Shown: in pieces, positions 48,914 through 62,378 of the stretch
Position numbering within the stretch: the first letter of the stretch is position 1
How the letters are laid out: the number at the start of each line of letters is the position of its first letter
Assembly: GCF_006345805.1 (NCBI RefSeq)
Contig: NC_043009.1
Span: 9,300,001 to 9,364,000, forward strand
Direction of reading: 5' to 3'
DNA length: 64,000 bases
From: Octopus sinensis
Taxonomy: Eukaryota
The notes under the pieces: generated by a model
What the model was told of the DNA's origin: nothing
Databases searched by the model: none
Seen by the model: the letters and a program-made list of their open reading frames with translations, nothing else
Translations under genes and position numbers: made by a program

Positions 48914-51508
48914 TAATGCGCATGTATGTATGTGTATATGCACGCGCGCGCACTGTGTATATGTGAGAAAGACCGTGGAAGGATCTGTGTGTGAGTGCGC
49001 GATGCGTGTGTGTGTGTGTGCACGGGTGCTCTTAAAAGTACACTCTGCTCGAGATCTAAACGATATCTATCATACATCGCACGTTCCTCTTCTCTGTATT
49101 ATTCTCATGTTATTAGATTTGCAAATCGATCTCTATCCATTTTCTCCATCCTTCCTCAAACCCTCCTCATCCCGGAATATATATTTCTTATTTCCGTTTT
49201 TATTTCTCTTCCAAGAAGTACTTTTATTTACTTATTACATTCTACCTTTGTTTCCGTAACTGGGATTTTCTCATCTTTTCGCTGATGTTGCATCTCTCTG
49301 CCGATTATACGCACATTTCAAACATCAACACACGTGCAGCAAATGCATTTAGTTTGTATGTGTGTTTGTGCAAGTGTGTACTTTTAACTACGCATTATTA
49401 ATTTTCTTTTTCATATTTCAATACATTTGTCCCAAAAAAAGATTGAGTTTTTTTTCCCCCCCACGCAATCAATGTAAATAATGAACGTTTCTAGAATTTA
49501 AAAATTATACTCCTGATTGTTCTTGTGACAATTTGCTAATTAATTGACTCCACTGTAATAATAATATTGGTACTTTTATCGACCCCGGTGAAATATTCGC
49601 TGATGATTTATTTTACTGGGTCGATACAATAAATACCAGCAATATACGAGGTCGGTTCAATCGATTCTATCCCTATTCTGTGAAAAGTTCTAAAAGGTAG
49701 CATCGTGATTATGAATCTAGCTATAAACAAAACAATTAAATATATTATTCTCTTAGATTCCTCGGTTTTCTCCGTTGTAAACACAGACTCCGTTAAATAT
49801 ACGCATTTGAGTGAAATATACACATATTTATTATGTTTATTAGTATTGTTTACGTCTTTACTTCTTCATGTTTATTTTAGAATCGTTATTTAATTTGAAC
49901 CTTTGCTTTTTTTTTCCCAACTTTTTTTTGGTAGTGATCTTAAGGGCGATTGGAAACAGGTAATTGGGAGGGAAAAACGTGTTCCATTTACTGCTACTAA
50001 ACTATGTTGCTTAGTAGTCCAGTGTGTTTTCGTGTCATGTTTGTCTTCTAGTGTCCACCTTTTCTTTCTTTCTTTTCTTCTTTGCCACAATAACACACTT
50101 TCGATTCAGCATACATTCCCTTTCAATTTTTTGGGTCTGTTTTTCTTTTTTGTTGAATTTTCCCACTTCTTTCCGAAACTGTTAATTTTACTCTTAATCT
50201 GTGTGTAAGTGCGTGTGTGTGTATAATGATGCGTGTGTATTTGAGAAAATAAACTTTGCTGTCTTAGCCAAACCAATTTAAATTCAATGTTTTATATATT
50301 TTTTATTTGGTACACTAAATCGCTAATTATCTTTCTTCCAGATTATTATTAAAAGGGTTTCATAGATGCATCATAGCTTGTTGCATTATAGTTAACCCGT
50401 CCACATTCCATCTTTAATTTAATGTTTGGTCTAGTGCCCTTCTTAAGGTCAAATATCTTTCTTTGATTAATAAGTCACAACTTTTCAAAATTTACATTTT
50501 CAGTCGTTCCAGATTCCTCGTATTTATTTTCTAAAGAGAATTTAATCCGATTCATTTAGCTTCATCCTAGTTATATTTACGATAGTCGTCATCATGTTAT
50601 CATTATCGCCATAATTATTATTAATTTAATTAACCACTATCTGAAAAGAAAAAAAAAATTCCATTTTGGAAATCCTCTCTGGTGCCATTCTACAATTGTT
50701 TTAATTTTTATTCAGTTCGGTTCAAATATATGGGCTCGAATCATTAAGAAAAGTATGAATGAAAAAAGAAATTTCAGAGGAGAGACAGAGAGAAAAAATA
50801 AAGTGTAAAGGAGAAAAACGCGAGAAAGAGGGAGTATGCGTGTGAAGGAGTAAGTGTGTGTGTTGTGTGAAAGAGAGAGAGAAAAGTGTTTTGAAAAAGA
50901 TAGTGAAAGTACATTTTGGGTATTTGACAGGAGTAGGGGTGGTCGTTCGAAAAAGCAAGGAAAAAGAATAACAGAAAGTAAATCGCCTAAAGATTGTATA
51001 CAGTGCTGAGTTAGCGTTATTGGGTAAATGTCAGGAAGGCTTGTGATATATTTCGCGGTTTATTTGGACTTTTAGAATATATACATGTATATATATTTTT
51101 GCGATTTTCAATATTCTTAATTAATCTACGCATTTAGACGTTTGTTTTAGCGTGTTAATGTCGACATGGAAGGAAAAGAGAGAGTCGGCTGCGGACTGGC
51201 CTGATTGACTAGTCGACAACATTTTTGATCGCTTCAGTTTTAACCGATATAGATGCCAAAACAAGTTATTTGTATCGATTTAAATTTAAAATAATCGATT
51301 AAAACCAAGTTTCGTTAGCTTTTTCATCATCGTTACTAATTACACTTTCTCCCTCGCACCTTCATCTCCTCACCACCATTCTCTCTCTCTCTCTCTCTCT
51401 CTCCTTCCTCCCTCCCAACTCTCTCCCGTTTCCTCCAATCTCCATCACTTTTACTTCCAACCCCTCTCAATCTCTCTCTCTCTCTCTCTCTCTCTTTCCT
51501 TCTTCTCC

Positions 51509-51548
<40 letters not shown>

Positions 51549-52304
51549 TGTGGCGCTCTCTCCTCCCCTTCCTCTCGGTTATTTTCTTGTTTTATTTTTG
51601 AATTTAATAATAAACTTCGTCGATCAATTCTTCCTGTTTTTTTTTCTTCTTTCTTTGTCTGATGTCGATTTAGAAATTTTGTGTTCAAGTAGCTTTTCTG
51701 TATAAAAGCCAGAAGAAAAGCCGAGGGAGGGTGGAGGGGTGGAAAGCGAGGGTGAAGAATCTTTACCGACTTAATTCTGTGTTTTTATTTGTTTGTTTCT
51801 CCTGTTGTATTAGATTTTACTCAATAATAGTTAAACAATGTTGATTTGATTAATTTTATAGAAAATATTTAAAACGATGCAATCTTTGAATCTTTCGTTT
51901 TGAATGCCGACTGCTTTAATTTTTGACAACCATGAAATCACTTCAATACCCATCACAGTAACAACCATTCTGATTGAGGAATTCGATCAATGAAGTCCTA
52001 CACAACTTTCCTTCACTCTGCTATCCCAACAAAGACGGCTTTCGTTTTTTCCGCAAGTATTATGATTAACACCTAGCTGAATGGATACAGACACCCGTAC
52101 ATACACACGTACATAATACATACATACATACATGCATGTATACACACATACATACATACACACACACACATACATACATACATACATACATACATACACA
52201 CATACATACATACATACATACATACACACACATACGCACATACATATACACACATATACGTACACACACATACATACATACACACACATACATACATAAT
52301 ACGT

Positions 52305-52339
<35 letters not shown>

Positions 52340-52454
52340 ACATACATACATACACACACACATGCACACACAAATACATACATACACATACATACACACA
52401 CATACATACACACACGCATACATACATACATACATACATACATACGTGTATCTA

Positions 52455-53750
52455 TGGGCCCGGCTTGGTTGTGTGGTTAAGAAACTTGCTTCTCAAATAC
52501 ATGGTTACAGGTTCAATCCTGCTACATGGTATCTTGACCAAGTGTTTTCTACTATAGCCCCAAGCAGATCAGAGACTCACGAGTGGATTTGGTAGATAGA
52601 AACTGAAAGAAGCGTGTGTGTGTGTGTGGTGTGTATATGTATATCTTTTTATGTATGTGTTTGTGTCTCCTTGTCTTGACATTGCGTGAGTGTTGTGGTC
52701 ATACAAGCAATGTCATCCATATCCAATATTCTGTGAAATCATATCTTGCCATGGGGGAAATATTACCTTGGAAACAGATAAAGGTTAGCAACAGGAAAGG
52801 CATCTGGCTGTCTGACTGTAGAAAATCTGCCTTATTAAACTCTGACTCATTCAAGTATGGAAAAATGGACATAAAAATAATAATGATCTATATATTATGA
52901 ATCTATTCTATATATTATATATATATATACTCTTTTTACTCTTTACTCTTTTACTTGTTTCAGTCATTTGACTGCGGCCATGCTGGAGCACCGCCTTTAG
53001 CCGAGCAACTAGACCCAAGGACTTATTCTTTGTAAGCCCAGTACTTATTCTATCGGTCTCTTTTGCCGAACCGCTAAGTGACGGGGACATAAACACGCCA
53101 GCATCGGTTGTCAAGCAATGCTAGGGGGACAAACACAGACACACACACACACACATATATATATATACATATACGACGGGCTTCTTTCAGTTTCCGCCTA
53201 CCAAATCCACTCACAAGGCATTGGTCGGCCCGGGGCTATAGTAGAAGACACTTGTCCAAGGTGCCACGCAGTGGGACTGAACCCGGAACCGTGTGGTTGG
53301 TTAGCAAGCTACTTACCACACAGCCACTCCTGCGCCTTTATATATATATATATATATATTCGTTTATTCTTTTACTTGGTTTAGTGATTTGACTGTGGTC
53401 ATGCTGGAGCACTGCCTTTAGTCGAACGGATCAAACCCAAGACTTGTTCTTTGTAAGACTACTACTTATTCTATTGGTCTCTTTTGCCGAACTACTAAGT
53501 TATGGGGACATAAACACACCAGCATCAGTTGTCAAGCAATGGCGGGAGGACAAACACAGACACACATGCACAAATATATATATATATATATATACGACAG
53601 GCTTCTTTCAGTTTCTGTCTACCAAATCCACTCACAAGGCTTTGGTTAGCCTGAAGCTATAGTAGAAGACGCTTGCCCAAGGTGCCATGCAGTGGGACTG
53701 AACCCAGGACCATGTGGTTGGGAAGCAAGTTTTTTACCACACAACCACGC
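52455..53750. mobile_element. Cluster of SINE family A copies (52455-52700 + partial, 52930-53336 -, ~53365-53750 -)
   Basis: Repeated head and tail motifs. Confidence 0.88.
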
Positions 53751-54184
53751 CTGATAAAGATAGTTATGGCCAGCCTATGGGGTTACCCTGGGTTTCTTTA
53801 AATACTCTTCTGCTCTCTAACTTAGAGTGTGCTTCTCTTTCAGATTTATGATTTACTGATTATATATATATATATATATATATATACATACACGCACATA
53901 TGTATATATGTGTGTGTGTGAAGATGCATGGCCTAGTGGTTAGGCTGTTGCACTCACGATTGTTAGATCAGGAGTTCAATTCCCAGACCAGGTGGTGTGT
54001 TGTGTTCTTGAGCAAAACACTTCATTCCACATTGCTCCAGTTCCCCTTTTAAACAGGGAGCAATGTTGGCCTGCTTGCCTAGCCAGCAGAGTAGGATCAT
54101 TTGAAGGCTAAAGTGCATTGTGACCAGCGATGTGTAACATCTGATAGTTTGGTCAGTCACGATATATATATATGCCAGAATGGT

Positions 54185-54515
54185 TATCTGGCCTCCATGC
54201 CGGTGGCACGTAAAAGACACCATTTGAGCTTGATCGTTACCAGCGTCGCCTTACTGGCACCTGTGCCGGTGGCATGTGTAAAAGATTCGAGCGAGGTCGT
54301 TGCCAGTACCGCCTGACAGGCCCTCATGCTGGTGGCATGTAAAAGCACCCATTACACTCTCGGAGTGGTTGGCATTAGGAAGGGCATCCAGCTGTAGAAA
54401 CTCTGCCAGATCAAGATTGGAGTCTGGTGCAGCCATCTGGTTCACCAGACCTCAGTCAAACCGTCCAACCCATGCTAGCATGGAAGGCGGACGTTAAACA
54501 ATGATGATGATGATG
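54185..54515 (+). mobile_element. (GAT)n-tailed interspersed repeat with RTE-type 3' end; copies at ~9130-9320, 10590-10845, 11040-11330, 13370-13580, 14930-15095, 18280-18480, 32780-33145 and 62520-62600
   Basis: Shared gagtggttggcattaggaagggcatccag...ccaacccatgctagcatggaa...gttaaac(gat)n. Confidence 0.8.
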
Positions 54516-54519
54516 AGGA

Positions 54520-56090
54520 CTACCACTCTCTCTTACCACTTTACACTGCTCATACACTTTCTATTCAGTCTCATGATTCTTGCTCCTCTCACCCTCACTC
54601 TTCTGTTACCTTGATCTGCATCACTTTCATTACCATTCCATCACCTTGGACATAATGTTTCTGTTCAATCTCCATAGCAGCAACAAATTTTCAGGTGTCC
54701 ATCCTTCATACACAAACACACACTCTTTTATTTACCTCTCTTGTTTTACTTTTCTAATTCTTCTCTTGTTAGCTGTATAAGAAATGAATGGAGGCTACAT
54801 GGATAAAATGAGGGCTCTTCATTTAATTTGATCAGGCACAGGAGTGGCTGTGTGGTAAGTAGCTTGCTTACTAACCACATGGTTCCGGGTTCAGTCCCAC
54901 TGTGTGGAACCTTGGGCCAAAGCTTTGTGGTGGATTTGGTAGACAAAAACTGAATATGTATATATATATGTGCATCTGTGTGTATATGTTTGTGTGTCTG
55001 TGTTTGTCCCCCAAACATCACTTGACAACCGAGGACTACGACAAACAGAAGAGGACTGAGCATTGAGCCCTGCACACTGAATCCATTTCTGTATTCATTT
55101 CTTACTCTCACTTTGTTGATAGCAACACTGTACATGATTTACATGATTGTCACAGGCCAGTCATCTATCTACTCCGACCTTATGGAAACTTCAACAATGT
55201 TTTGTACTTCTGTGGGATTGTAAACCAAAGTCAGTGGCACAACCATGATAGCAGGTATTGTGGCACTCTGTTGGTAGGCACAATGTAGTGGATCTTGTTC
55301 CAGCCTCTTCTCATTTATCTTCCTGTTGTTTGATTCAATTTGACTCCATAACATTTACACTTTTCATTATAGTTCCCTGCTTTTGTTTGCCATTAGTCCC
55401 TATCTTCTTTCTTTCAGTTGTAATCAGTTCACCTACTTCTTTGGGATGTCATTCGATGACATTCAATAGAATTTCAGATGCCTTTTTTTTAAACAACTTC
55501 CACATTTCAGTTCACTGCAGAGCACAGTCCCAGTGGGAGCTCATTGTCCTCCATACAGATCACTTGTCCCACTCAATGCAGCGGTGATAGACTCAATACT
55601 TGACATATTTGCATGCTGCAGGACCTCCTGGTTGGAGAAGTAGTCACACCAATAAATATTGTAATTGCAGCTGACACAAATGATCATTCCTTAGCTTTTT
55701 ATAGATACTGATGATAGATCGTGTTGGTCTCAACAAAACACAACAGACAGGATAGTATTTCTGCTTAGAAAACTTTGCATTTTGTTGACAGTTTTATGCC
55801 ATGCTGTTTCCACAACCAATCATTGTTCATCCTGAAAGTGATCTCACCTGACTTTATGCAGCAGTTCACCTTTGGTTCCAGGTTGTTTTTCTTAGAAATC
55901 ATGCTGTCTAAATATGTGAAAATTTTCACCTCTCTTAGAGGCTGATTTGCAACCATGATGATCAGGGGTTCATGTTCCAGCTCTCCAGGTTTTGGCTGGG
56001 TCGAGACTTCAGTCTTTTTCATACTTATTGATAGGCTGAAAACGCATTCAAAATGGCCTATAGTTTTCTGGATGTTTTCCTAAGATTGAG
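54520..56090 (-). mobile_element. Decayed RTE-clade LINE remnants interrupted by SINEs
   Basis: MY..A..KVRV...VQGSMLSPLLFVVV (55030-55135); KKTEV..QP...FTYLDSMIS...W.QHGIKLSTKCKV (55765-56022). Confidence 0.65.
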
Positions 56091-56114
56091 TCAACAACAA
56101 AAAGAAGTTCACAA

Positions 56115-56526
56115 GGTGCAGGAGTGGCTGTGTGGTAAGTAGCTTGCTTACCATCCACATGGTTCTGGGTTCAGTCCTACTGCGTGGCACCTTGGGCAAG
56201 TGTCTTCTACTATAGCCTCGGGCCAACCAAAGCCTTGTGAGTGGATTTGGTAGACAGAAACTGAAAGAAGCCTGTCGTATGTATGTATGTATATATATAT
56301 ATATGTGTGTGTGTGTATATGTTTGTGTGTCTGTGCTTGTCCCTCAAACATCACTTGACAACCGATGCTGGTGTGTTTACATCCCCGTAAATTAGCGGTT
56401 CGGCAAAAAGAAACCAATAGAATAAGTACTAGGCTTACAAAGAATAAATCCTGGGGTTGATTTGCTTGACTAAAGGCGGTGTTCCAGCATGGCCGCAGTC
56501 AAATGACTGAAACAAGTAAAAGAATG
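56115..56526 (+). mobile_element. tRNA-derived SINE family A (bipartite, internal (TA)n(TG)n linker), full copy with 14-bp TSD
   Basis: Head ggtgcaggagtggctgtgtggtaag...ggttcagtcc; TSD aaagaagttcacaa at 56101-56114 and 56527-56540. Confidence 0.92.
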
Positions 56527-56584
56527 AAAGAAGTTCACAAATACACATATTGTGGAACTTCCTGGCGGATCTTAGTCTAGATAT

Positions 56585-56791
56585 TCTTTTACTTGTTTCA
56601 GTCATTTGACTGCGGCCATGCTGGAGCACCGCCTTTAGCCGAGCAAATCGACCCCGGGACTTATTCTTTGTAAGCCAGTACTTATTCTATCGGTCACTTT
56701 TGCCAAACCGCTAAGTGACGGGGATGTAAACAGACCAGCATCGGTTGTCAAGCAATGCTAGGGGGACAAACACAGACATACACACACACAT

Positions 56792-56844
<53 letters not shown>

Positions 56845-57008
56845 TACGACAGGCTTCTTTCAGTTTCTGTCTACCAAATCCACTCACAAGGCATTGGTCG
56901 GCCCGAGGCTATAGTGGAAGACACTTGCCCAAGGTGCCACGCAGTGGGACTGAACCTGGAACCATGTGGTTGGTTAGCAAGCTACTTACCACACAGCCAC
57001 TCCTGCAC
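56585..57008 (-). mobile_element. SINE family A, full copy with 8-bp TSD
   Basis: TSD ctagatat at 56577-56584 and 57009-57016. Confidence 0.9.
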
Positions 57009-57406
57009 CTAGATATGTTTAACAATCCACCATCACCTTTTGCACAGATATACACATGACCTGTGAATTCACCATCTTTTCAACCACAGTACCCAGAAGT
57101 AGTACAAAAAGTACAGGAGTGAGTATACATCTTTGTTTTACTCCATGGGTGAGTGGAATGGTTCAATTAATGAAATTACCTGATCTGGAATTATTCTGTA
57201 AGCGAATGATCTACCTGTTACCGACTGGTAACTGTTTTTCAAGTGAGGGTTTTATTATTCCAGCAAAATTCAAAAATGCAGTGTTTGCAGATAATTTGTT
57301 GAAAGGAAATATCATCAAATCTCTCTGCTTACAGTGACATCACAGTTTGTTGTCGTAGTTTTTCACAGATTGTAAGCTATCACATGCTCTCACGCACACA
57401 TGCATA

Positions 57407-57615
57407 CAGGGTGTCCTAGAAGTCGTTCACCATTCTGGTTTTCATTAAAAATAATTAAAGCATTTTATTTTATCATATTTTTTCTGCATGTTTTATTGCA
57501 GAGGGTGCTCAATTTGAGCATTTGTTGTGATTAATTTCAATAAAGTATTTTTGAAATCAATAAGGGTGTATTCTTTTAAAGAACCAGGATGGTGCACAAC
57601 TTCTGGGACACCCTG
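57407..57615. mobile_element. Tc1/mariner-type MITE
   Basis: TA on both flanks; ~34-bp TIRs cagggtgtcctagaagtcgttcaccattctggtt / aaccaggatggtgcacaacttctgggacaccctg. Confidence 0.85.
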
Positions 57616-58364
57616 TATATATATATGTGTGTATATATATATGTATATATACATGCATATATATATATATATATATATATATACATGCATATATATATAT
57701 ATAATATATATATATATATATAATATATATATATATATATAATATATATATATATATTATATATATATATATTTTATATATATATATATATATTAGAAAA
57801 AATGAGGTAATCAGATCGGATGGTTCATATTTATAGATATTTATTTATATATTACATTTTTTACATATATCTATCATATCATTCAGATCATATCATTCGG
57901 ATTATTAGCGCTTTCTCCCATTCCAGTGGGGTTTTCAAATCAAATTGATCCCTTTGTGGGGAATTTGAACATTTTATAGAGTTTCGTAGTAGTGGGGAGG
58001 AATAAGACAGTATAAGAGGGTGAGGTGGGTGAGGAGGAAGTGAGAGAGAGAAAATATATATATACATCTATATATAATATATATACACGTGATGAAGGAA
58101 CAAAAACAAGAAGGGAGTCAAGTTTTCACAAAGGTGTCATTAGTTTTATGCTTGAAACGAAAAAGGAAAAAAGGTCTTTGACATTTCAGACATTAGAGTG
58201 CTTGAACAGAAAAAAGAAAGGAGGGAATAAAAAAGGGGCTGGTTTAGAAGGCAAGTGAGATCACAGTTCTATGAGGAGGAGTTAAGGTGGGAGGAAGAGG
58301 TTAGGTATTTTGTGTATTTATAAGAGCATTTATATATATGTGTGTGTGTGTGTATACTCTTGTA

Positions 58365-58641
58365 CTCTCTTTTTTACTCTTTTACTTGTTTCAGTCATTT
58401 GACTGTGGCCATGCTGGAGCACCTCCTTTTAGTTGAGCAAATCGAACCCAGGACTTATTCTATCAGTCTCTTTTGCTGAACCCCTAAGTTACGGGGATGT
58501 AAACACACCAGCATCAGTTGTCAAGCGATGTCGGGGAGGACAAGCACAGACACACAAACATATACACACACCCACGTACATCATCATCAACATCATCATC
58601 GTTTAACGTCCATTCTCCATGCTAGCATGGGTTGGCCGTAT

Positions 58642-58675
<34 letters not shown>

Positions 58676-59405
58676 CATACATACATATATATATACATAC
58701 ATACATATATACGACTGGCTTCTTTCAGTTTCCATCTACCAAATCTACTCATAAGGCTTTGGTCGGCCCGAGGCTATAGTAGAAGACACTTGTTCAAGGT
58801 GCCATGCAGTGGCACTGAACCCAGAACCATGTGGTTCGTAAGCAAGCTACTTACCACACAGTCACTCCTTTCATTAACAGTGTCTCAATGGTTGAGAGTT
58901 TCATGCATTAACACATATCAAACTAGATACAAATCAAGGGGTTATAAATTAAGATACTGGTTTGCATTGCCAAACATATATATTTATATGTATGTATATA
59001 TACACATATATGTAGGTGTGACTCTGGTAAGAAGCTTGCTTCCCAACCACATGGTTCTGGGTTTAGTCCCACTTGGTGGAATCTTGGGCAAGTGTCTTCT
59101 ACTATAGCCTAGGGCCAACCAAGGCCTTGTGAATGGATTTGGTAGATATATGTATATCTATGTCTATATCTGTATGTATGTGTGTGTGTCTTTGTGTCTG
59201 TATTTGTCCCACCACCACCACCACCGCCACTCGACAAGCCATGTTGGTGTGTTTGCATCCCTATAACTTAGCAGTTCAGCTAAAGAGACTGATAGAATAA
59301 GTACCAGACTTAAAAAATAAGTCCTGGGGCTGATTTATTCAACTAAAGATTCAAGGTGGTGCCCCAGCATGGCCACACTATAATGACAAACAAGTAAAAG
59401 ATAAA
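58365..59405. mobile_element. SINE family A copies (58365-58868 -, 59014-59405 +); further copies at ~9525-10355, 17786-18171, 39130-39260, 54836-55030 and 61550-61890
   Basis: Homology to the full copies; boundaries approximate. Confidence 0.8.
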
Positions 59406-60424
59406 GGATCTGTATGTATGTAAATTATACACACATATACACATGATGCTCTTCTTTCAGTTTCTGTTTACCAAATTCCTTCACAAAGCTTTGGTCAGCA
59501 TGGGTTACAGCAGAAGGTGCCACGCAGTGAACTGAACCTAAAACCATATAGATGTGAAGTGAATTTCTTAACCACGCATACCCAAGTCATTATATAGGAT
59601 ACTAATTAATATAATAAGTTGGGTCTACTTTTTTCAGTCCAGTATGTTTAGTACATGTAACATAGCAAGTGTTATTTAGTAGACACGCTAATATTTAATT
59701 TATTTAATCAAATTAGTTTAGTTACCACAATTTCCTCCTCCTCCTCCTCCTCTTCCTCATCATCATCATCATCATCATCATTATTACCATGATGATGATT
59801 GTTATTATTATTACTATTATTATTGTTATTATTAATTCTGTAATTAGATTGCTTAATTATTTTTGATTATTTTAAATTTATTTTTTTGTCTCAATTTTTT
59901 CTTAATCATATTAGAAGTTATTTTAATTTTTAGATATTTTTCTTTGAAATAGAATATCTTCCTTAGTGAATAATATATTGGTTATTTTCCTTTTAGAATT
60001 CTCATTAAGTCATCCTGTCGTCTACTCATAGTTTACATTTAGAATTTATACCGATCAAATGACATTTCCATTGTGAACTAAATAGTACATCTACTGAAAA
60101 GCCTGGTTCTATATACCTGCTCTGTGTATTTGAATTGGTCTCTATTGGTTTAAATAGAGTAAGAATTTTACCATAAACATGCTTCAAGTTGCTGGATGGA
60201 ATTGAAGAAACTAAGTATCATATTATATTGATAAATACAATTCCTAAATTGGTCCGCTGAAATACTCCTTTACCCCTTATACAGGTCAAATATTGTTAGT
60301 TTTACTACTATCTATTGCCTTTATAAAGTTCTGTGTTCTGTGTAGTGTGGTATATCTTTGATAAGGATAGGATGATGTTAAATTGATCCTAGTTGATCAA
60401 ATATGATATTGATTACTATGCACA

Positions 60425-62378
60425 GTTACTGTATCACAGATTTTTGGAATTTTCAGGTTTGTCTGAAACGTACATCAGCTGATTAAATAATGTATGATTT
60501 TCCATTCTTTTGTGTGTTAAAATATATGTATGTGTGTATATCTTGTATAGGTATTTGTGTGTATATAAATATATACGCGGATACTCTGTGTGGTGTATGT
60601 GTGTTTATATATTTGAAACTATATCAGAGATTTAGTTCTTTAAGAGTGCAACTGCCACCCTGATACATATAAATGGTAATATCAGCTGTAACCCTTTCAT
60701 GACTGGATTTCTAATGAATAGACAGCTTCTTTATGACATGATCTGTGTCCTTATATTTTCAAACAAGGGAATCTAGCACCCCCACTCAGCTCAAAACATA
60801 TATAAGGACACAGATCATGTCGTATAGCCAGCTGGTGACAATGTCTCCTGAGGCTAAATTACAGCAACATTCGTCCTAAACCAGGACTACCATGTTATGT
60901 TGGCAAACAATCTTTACTACAAAGTACTGTTGCTGAGTATCTCATGTGAGATTTAAAAATAGTAATTTTCTAAAGTGCCATTAGTATTGCAGTTTATGTT
61001 TGTGTTCCTTCTACAGGGCTTACAACATACTTGGCACGAATGGGACCAGTAGGTGGAAGACCATCAGGTTGGTTGTGGAAGTGGTGGAAATTGCCTCAAG
61101 GTAGCTGTGGATTAAGAGGTGTGAGCCCTTGAAGGGCCTGTGCTGTCAAGGGTAGGGACAACTGGACACAAGCTGGCATCTGATCAACCCTGGCTGGGTC
61201 ACCTGGGGTGAAGATTAGATAAATTTGGTTGGTATTTGGGGCAAGTCTAAGTGACTACAAAGAAGCTCCCTTGTTAAGAATTAGTATCAGATTTTCAGGG
61301 GAAATTTTCAACAAAGTTGATTACTCAATCAATACATTTCAATGATTATGAAAAATATTTATTGTCTGAAATTCTTAATAGCTGAAAAAAGATTCAACTT
61401 TTTCAGCTATTGTAAAAAAAAGTTGATGAAATTAGCCTCAAACCAGAGAGCTGACCTGAATGCTTACAACAGAGTGGACACTCTGTGTATGGTATCCAAG
61501 AACCAGGTGTTGGCGATGTTAAAATGGGCAATAGATTAAGGGTATTTTTTTCCTTGTTCCAGTCATTTGACTGGAACACTGCTTTGAAGGCTTTTAGTCA
61601 AACAAATCGGTCCCAGGACTTTTTTTTTTTTGTAAGCTTAGTACTTATTCTGTCAATCTCTTTTGCAGGGGCATAAGCACATCAATACCAGTTGTCAAGC
61701 AGAGGTAGGGGACAAACAAAGGCACTCACGCACACATGTACACACACACACATGACAAGCTTCTTTCAGTTTCCGTCTACCAAATATTTGGTCAGCCCGA
61801 AGTTATAGTAGAAGACACTTGCCCAAGGTGCCACACAGTGGAACTAAACCCAGAGCTATGTGGTTGGTTAGCAAGTTTCTTGCCACACAATCATGTCTGC
61901 TCTGATATTAAATAATAAAATGGATAACAAAATGTACCTAATCCCTGATAAGAAGAGCTATAATCAAAACAGTCATACCAATATAACATGACCTATAGAA
62001 CAACATAGATGCTTAGTTTTCTTTTCCAATGTGTGTGGGTCAGAAAATAAAGGATTACAACAAATAGCATGGTTACTGTATCACAGAATTTTGGGATTTT
62101 CAGGTTTGTCCGAAACGTGCATCAGCTGATTAAATAATGAATGATTTTTCCATTCTTTTGTGTTTTTGTATATATGTATGTGTGTGTATCTTGTATAGGT
62201 ATTTGTGTGTATATAAATATATACACAGATACTCTGTGTGGTGTATGTGTGTTTATATATTTGAAACTGTATCAGAGATTTAGTTCTTTAGGAGTGCAAC
62301 TGCCACCCTGATACATATAAATGGTAATATCAGCTGTAACCCTTTCATGACTGGATTTCTTATGGATAGACAGCCTCT
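60425..62378 (+). repeat. Dispersed direct duplication of ~306 bp (60425-60730 and 62072-62378)
   Basis: Colinear from gttactgtatcacaga to tagacagc(t/c)tct; roughly 90-95% identical by eye. Confidence 0.92.
60732..60824. repeat. Inverted repeat, 25-bp arms (60732-60756 / 60800-60824)
   Basis: tatgacatgatctgtgtccttatat against atataaggacacagatcatgtcgta, one mismatch. Confidence 0.85.

Noticed and set aside
60117-60191. 75-nt minus-strand segment with good splice sites and an open frame (NLKHVYGKILTLFKPIETNSNTQS)
   Set aside because: Isolated, with no recognisable homology or partner exon; not separable from chance without RNA data.
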